Below, one piece after another: positions 37,799 through 41,457 of a stretch of 41,457 nt of DNA; position 1 is the first letter of the stretch; each line of letters opens with the position of its first letter. The DNA lies in the NCBI GenBank assembly GCA_030672385.1, contig DAOVGN010000087.1, positions 1 to 41,457 on the forward strand, in the 5' to 3' direction. The notes below the pieces were generated by a model, which had not been told where the DNA came from, did not search any database, and saw only the letters and a program-made list of their open reading frames with translations. This DNA comes from Deltaproteobacteria bacterium. GTDB lineage: Bacteria; Desulfobacterota; B13-G15; RBG-16-54-18. The translations under genes and the position numbers were made by a program.

Positions 37799-39025
37799 GT
37801 GATTATACGATTAGCCTGGCGCAGCATCTGGCGCAACCGAAGACGGACACTGATAACCGCCAGCTCCATCGGCCTTGGCCTGACCTTTGCCATCTTTTTT
37901 ATCTCCCTGTCTGAAGGGATGTATGGTCAGATGATCGATCAGGTCGTGCGCATGCAGGCTGGATACATTACCTTAGAGCACCCTGACTACCGTGATGCCC
38001 CGGCTGTTGATCTCTGGGTTGCTGTCCCCTCAGAGATCAGGACCGAAATAGAAGGTTGGCCAGGGGTTGAAAAGACCAAGCTGCTCGTTCTCGGACAGGG
38101 TATTGCCAAATCCGGGGCCGGAAACATGGCCACGGCCATCATGGGGGTGGAGCCATCCGTTGAGATCCAGAGTTCGCCATTGGCCAGAAATATCATTAAG
38201 GGGAGCTATCTCGAAACACACGACAATCCCCTGGTGGTGGTGGGCTGCGAAATGGCCGAACGCCTGAACCTGAGGGTGGGGAAAAAGATGGTCATCGCCA
38301 CCAATGATGTGAATGGCATGCTGGTCGAGGAACTCTGCCGGGTCAAGGGCATCTTCAAGACCGGATCTGAGGAGATGGACGCCTATTTTATTCAGATGCC
38401 TCTGGGGTTTGCCAGGCGACTCTTTCGCATGCCAGATGAGAGCGCCACCCAGATGGGCATAATTCTGAAGAATCCGGACGACCAGAGAAGAGTATTACGG
38501 AAGGTACAACAGAAGGTCAGCGATTTTCCCGTGGCCGTCCTTTCCTGGCAGGAGGTCCTGCCGGAATTGGCCTCCTACATCAAGATGGACAAGGGCTCTA
38601 ACTATGTCTTTCAAGGTATTCTGATATTCCTCATTTTGTTCACGATCTTCAACACCATCCTGATGTCGGTCCTGGAACGAAAGCGCGAGTTTGCCATGCT
38701 CCTTGCCCTCGGGACCCGGCCCGGGCAGCTCCGTCTCCAGATCTTTACCGAGTCCATCTTCCTGGGTCTGATCGGATGCTCTTTGGGACTGATCGTCGGC
38801 AGCCTGGCCGCCTATCTGGTCCATGTCTTCGGGATAGACATGAGCACCATTATGGGGGAGTCCATCAACATATCAGGGTTCGCTCTCACGAGCAAGATGT
38901 ACACCAAGATTTCGCCCGGCATATTCCTCGGTTCCACAACAATTGTCTTTATTGCAACCATGCTTTTAAGTCTTATCACCATGAGACACGCTACGAGACT
39001 CTCGATAGTGGATACGCTTCGATAG
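37799..39025 (+). CDS. ABC transporter permease, FtsX/MacB-LolCE type (paralogue, GTG start)
   Basis: 408 aa with the same architecture (RLAWRSIWRNRRRTLIT...). Confidence 0.85.
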   Translation: MIIRLAWRSIWRNRRRTLITASSIGLGLTFAIFFISLSEGMYGQMIDQVVRMQAGYITLEHPDYRDAPAVDLWVAVPSEIRTEIEGWPGVEKTKLLVLGQGIAKSGAGNMATAIMGVEPSVEIQSSPLARNIIKGSYLETHDNPLVVVGCEMAERLNLRVGKKMVIATNDVNGMLVEELCRVKGIFKTGSEEMDAYFIQMPLGFARRLFRMPDESATQMGIILKNPDDQRRVLRKVQQKVSDFPVAVLSWQEVLPELASYIKMDKGSNYVFQGILIFLILFTIFNTILMSVLERKREFAMLLALGTRPGQLRLQIFTESIFLGLIGCSLGLIVGSLAAYLVHVFGIDMSTIMGESINISGFALTSKMYTKISPGIFLGSTTIVFIATMLLSLITMRHATRLSIVDTLR

Positions 39026-39031
39026 GAGGAG

Positions 39032-39742
39032 ATGATGAGCTCTATAGTCAATATACAGGGCCTTACTAAAGATTACGGCCAAAATGGGGTTGTCACCCAT
39101 GCCCTGCGTGGGGTGGATCTGACCATAGAGTCTGGCGAGTTCACCGCCATGGCCGGGCCTTCAGGCTCGGGTAAGAGCACCCTACTTAACATCATCGGCG
39201 GCCTGGATCGTCCGACCACAGGAAGAGTGGAGGTAAATGGTCAAGAGCTCAACCGCCTTTCCTCAACTAAACTGAGCCGCTTACGGAGGGATCGCATCGG
39301 CTTCATCTTCCAGAGTTACAATCTCATCCCTGTATTGACCGTCCTTGAGAATGCCGAGTACGTGCTGATGCTCCAGGGTGTATCAGCGGCCCAACGCCGG
39401 GAGCGGGTGCGGGACTTATTGAAGGAAGTGGGATTGGAGGGAATGGAAGACCGCTTCCCTCGGGAACTCTCAGGCGGGCAGCAGCAGCGTGTAGCCATCA
39501 CACGGGCCATCGCCCCGGAACCAGCGTTGGTCCTGGCCGACGAGCCCACCGCCAACGTAGACTCCAAAACAGCCATAGCCCTTTTGGATCTGATGCGCCA
39601 GCTCAACGAGGAAAAGGGCGTCACCTTTTTCTTCTCGACCCATGATCCAAACGTGATGAAACAGGCCCGGCGACTCGTGCTGCTCAGGGACGGCCGCATC
39701 AGCCGTGATGGCGGCATGGTGGAAGGGCTGGATACGGAGTAA
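39032..39742 (+). CDS. ABC transporter ATP-binding protein (LolD/MacB-type)
   Basis: Walker A GPSGSGKST, signature LSGGQQQRVAI, Walker B LVLADEPT. Confidence 0.92.
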   Translation: MMSSIVNIQGLTKDYGQNGVVTHALRGVDLTIESGEFTAMAGPSGSGKSTLLNIIGGLDRPTTGRVEVNGQELNRLSSTKLSRLRRDRIGFIFQSYNLIPVLTVLENAEYVLMLQGVSAAQRRERVRDLLKEVGLEGMEDRFPRELSGGQQQRVAITRAIAPEPALVLADEPTANVDSKTAIALLDLMRQLNEEKGVTFFFSTHDPNVMKQARRLVLLRDGRISRDGGMVEGLDTE

Positions 39743-39743
39743 C

Positions 39744-41063
39744 GTGACCCGCTCCCTCTGGTCTATATGCCTGGTCGCTGGCATCTTCCTTTGTGCCCTG
39801 GTGCTCGGGCCTGAACAGAGCTGGGCTTTGCTCGGAGACAGTGAAGGGGCCTTCGGGCTGGACGGCAGTCTGAGGACCATCGGGGGCGCGGTTCACAACT
39901 ACGACTTTCCGCCCTTCTTCGCGGAAGACAGCGATATTGACGGATACTCTCAAACCATCCTCCGGCTGACGGCAGGAGGCCGACCCCACGAACGGCTTAC
40001 ATACGAGATCCACCTCGTCCAGAGTGTGACATACTTCTCAGGCGGGACATCACCAGGGGCAGGTGCGTTCAACCTAGCTATCGGTAAGAGCCGCTACCGA
40101 GCCCTTGATGAATGCTGGGATTGGCTGACGGAGGACAAGATCACAGCCAGTCTGTGGTTTGACCGCTTTAACCTCAAGATAGCCCTGCCCGGCGCCGATA
40201 TCACCCTGGGCCGCCAGGCCATAACCTTTGGCAAGGCCTATTTCTGGAACCCCTTGGACCTCTTTTTGCCCTTTGACCCCAGGCAGTTCGACCGTGACTA
40301 CAAGGCCGGGGTGGATGCCTTGCGGGTCGATATCCCGCTGGGTGACTTCTCCGGATTTACACTGGTCGGCGTCCTGGGCCGTAAACTGGACCTGTCCGGC
40401 GATTATGTGTGCGGTGAAAAGGTTTGGCATACGTCCTGGTACGGCTCATCTCTGTTGACCCGATTTTTCACCAGCGTCAAGGGTTGGGACCTCGCCCTCC
40501 AGGGCGGCAAGGTCTATGGGGGTTATCAGGTTGGCGGAGGTCTGATAGGCGAGATCAGCGCCCTAGAGGTGCGCGCGGAGGCGGCATATCTGTGGGCTGA
40601 GGATAGTCCACCTTTGCCACCGCCCCTTCAAGGCGACCTGATAGAAGACCATTTCACCGCCGTGGTGGGGTTAGGCCACCGCTTCGAGAACACCCTTGTT
40701 TTGGAGCTTGAATACCTCTACAACGGAGGCGGCGAGGTCAACAATTTAAACAAGGCCCGGCCCCGTTTTCAAAGCGGGGCCATACTACACCTGGGCCGGC
40801 ACCTCGTAGGATTTATGGCCTCGTACGATTTCATGCCCATCCTCGTGGGCCAGGTCGCCGCAATCTATTCTCTGTCCGATTCGTCTGTCAATATCCAGCC
40901 TTCTTTGAACCTCTCCCTGAGTGACAATGCCGATCTCCTCCTGGGGGCCAGTATCAACGTGGGACGGCGACCCGAGGGGGATTCAGTTCAGACTACTAGG
41001 TTCAAAAGCGAGTTCGGCACATATCCGAATTTTTACTTCGCCGAGATCAAGTTTTATTTTTGA
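39744..41063 (+). CDS. Predicted outer-membrane beta-barrel protein of unknown family
   Basis: Start moved to GTG 39744, giving signal peptide MTRSLWSICLVAGIFLCALVLGPEQSWA. Alternating amphipathic beta-strand pattern. C-terminal ...YFAEIKFYF with a terminal Phe typical of OMPs. Confidence 0.6.
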   Translation: MTRSLWSICLVAGIFLCALVLGPEQSWALLGDSEGAFGLDGSLRTIGGAVHNYDFPPFFAEDSDIDGYSQTILRLTAGGRPHERLTYEIHLVQSVTYFSGGTSPGAGAFNLAIGKSRYRALDECWDWLTEDKITASLWFDRFNLKIALPGADITLGRQAITFGKAYFWNPLDLFLPFDPRQFDRDYKAGVDALRVDIPLGDFSGFTLVGVLGRKLDLSGDYVCGEKVWHTSWYGSSLLTRFFTSVKGWDLALQGGKVYGGYQVGGGLIGEISALEVRAEAAYLWAEDSPPLPPPLQGDLIEDHFTAVVGLGHRFENTLVLELEYLYNGGGEVNNLNKARPRFQSGAILHLGRHLVGFMASYDFMPILVGQVAAIYSLSDSSVNIQPSLNLSLSDNADLLLGASINVGRRPEGDSVQTTRFKSEFGTYPNFYFAEIKFYF

Positions 41064-41170
41064 TAATAATACTGCAACTATAGTGATAGGTAAGTCATAA
41101 GTTATAGTGCCAGATCTTCCTTTAAAAGCCTTTCAAACCCCTTTTAAATTTCGTCTCACTTTAAGAGACT

Positions 41171-41190
41171 ATGGTTACAAAATGGTTACA
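41171..41190. repeat. Tandem ATGGTTACA direct repeat with 11-nt phasing
   Basis: ATGGTTACA at 41171-41179 and again at 41182-41190. Confidence 0.5.
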
Positions 41191-41253
41191 GTCCCCCCTT
41201 TTGGTGGGGGGTACGGGGGTTGATGGAATCATATATCCCCTGTAGATAATTCC

Positions 41254-41273
41254 CCCCTCAAAAAGGGGTTTTT
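41254..41273 (+). terminator. Small intrinsic-terminator-like hairpin
   Basis: CCCCT-CAAAA-AGGGG followed by TTTTT. The stem is only 5 bp. Confidence 0.3.
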
Positions 41274-41317
41274 AGTTATTAATCATACCGCTTTGTGGTA
41301 TGTTACGGGAGGCCTTA

Positions 41318-41407
41318 ATGGGTATCAAAACGCTCGAGCGGTCGTCACTCACCTGCAGCAGGTACGTTTATGGCGTACCGCAGGCTCGTGCCGCCGCTCA
41401 GTTCTGA
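41318..41407 (+). CDS. Hypothetical 29-codon ORF at the window edge (may instead be a structured leader)
   Basis: GGAGG lies 5 nt upstream of the ATG. MGIKTLERSSLTCSRYVYGVPQARAAAQF. The ORF contains a long imperfect hairpin at 41336-41399. Confidence 0.2.
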   Translation: MGIKTLERSSLTCSRYVYGVPQARAAAQF

Positions 41408-41457
41408 CGTTGAGCCTGTCGAAAAAGTCTGTGATTCATCTTTTGAATAGTGAAAGA

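Noticed and set aside
41336-41399. A resemblance of GGTCGTCACT...CCGCCGCTC to the ZTP (pfl) riboswitch core.
   Set aside because: As I recall them, the conserved ACUGGCG and CCGCCUGGGC-type pseudoknot elements are absent. The similarity is limited to a few nucleotides.
1-41457. CRISPR arrays, IS elements, transposase, integrase or recombinase genes, prophage genes, toxin-antitoxin pairs and known defence systems.
   Set aside because: I found no repeat-spacer periodicity and no long terminal inverted repeats. No ORF has recognisable DDE, tyrosine- or serine-recombinase, nuclease-helicase or reverse-transcriptase motifs.

Overview
A 41.5-kb window (about 50% GC by eye) from a diderm bacterium, shown by Tol-Pal genes, lipoprotein signals and an outer-membrane barrel.

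Layout:
- 1-11930 (+): the canonical block tuf(3' end)-rpmG-tRNA-Trp-secE-nusG-rplK-rplA-rplJ-rplL-rpoB-rpoC.
- 11927-16188 (-): cpoB, pal, tolB and a tolA-like gene, headed by a LysR regulator, with no tolQ/tolR.
- 16276-17805 (+): comM/yifB.
- About 17.8-41 kb: a mosaic of small operons on alternating strands. In order: a UbiA prenyltransferase, a class IB large-terpene synthase (YtpB type), YjbQ, a four-gene TatT-associated TRAP transporter, icd, a radical SAM enzyme with CX4CX2C spacing, a GalT-like HIT transferase, a PAP2_3 membrane phosphotransferase, a ferredoxin-nitroreductase fusion, a DUF2892 mini-protein, uppP, a MoxR-VWA pair, and a TetR-headed six-gene cluster (LolA-like protein, two FtsX permeases, ABC ATPase, outer-membrane barrel).

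I found no CRISPR array, IS element, integrase, toxin-antitoxin pair or recognisable defence gene.

Leads I would follow first:
1. The DUF2892 ORF ends at a TGA where I recall the family having its conserved Cys of a G-x-C-P motif. A hairpin with a GGUC apical loop lies downstream. This is either selenocysteine recoding or a truncated gene.
2. A Bacillales-type class IB terpene synthase sits in a diderm next to a UbiA prenyltransferase.
3. The radical SAM / GalT-like / PAP2_3 neighbourhood has no recognisable pathway context.
4. The MFP-less ABC / LolA-like / barrel cluster has an unknown substrate.

All family assignments rest on motifs read by eye and recalled family signatures. None has been verified by a search.
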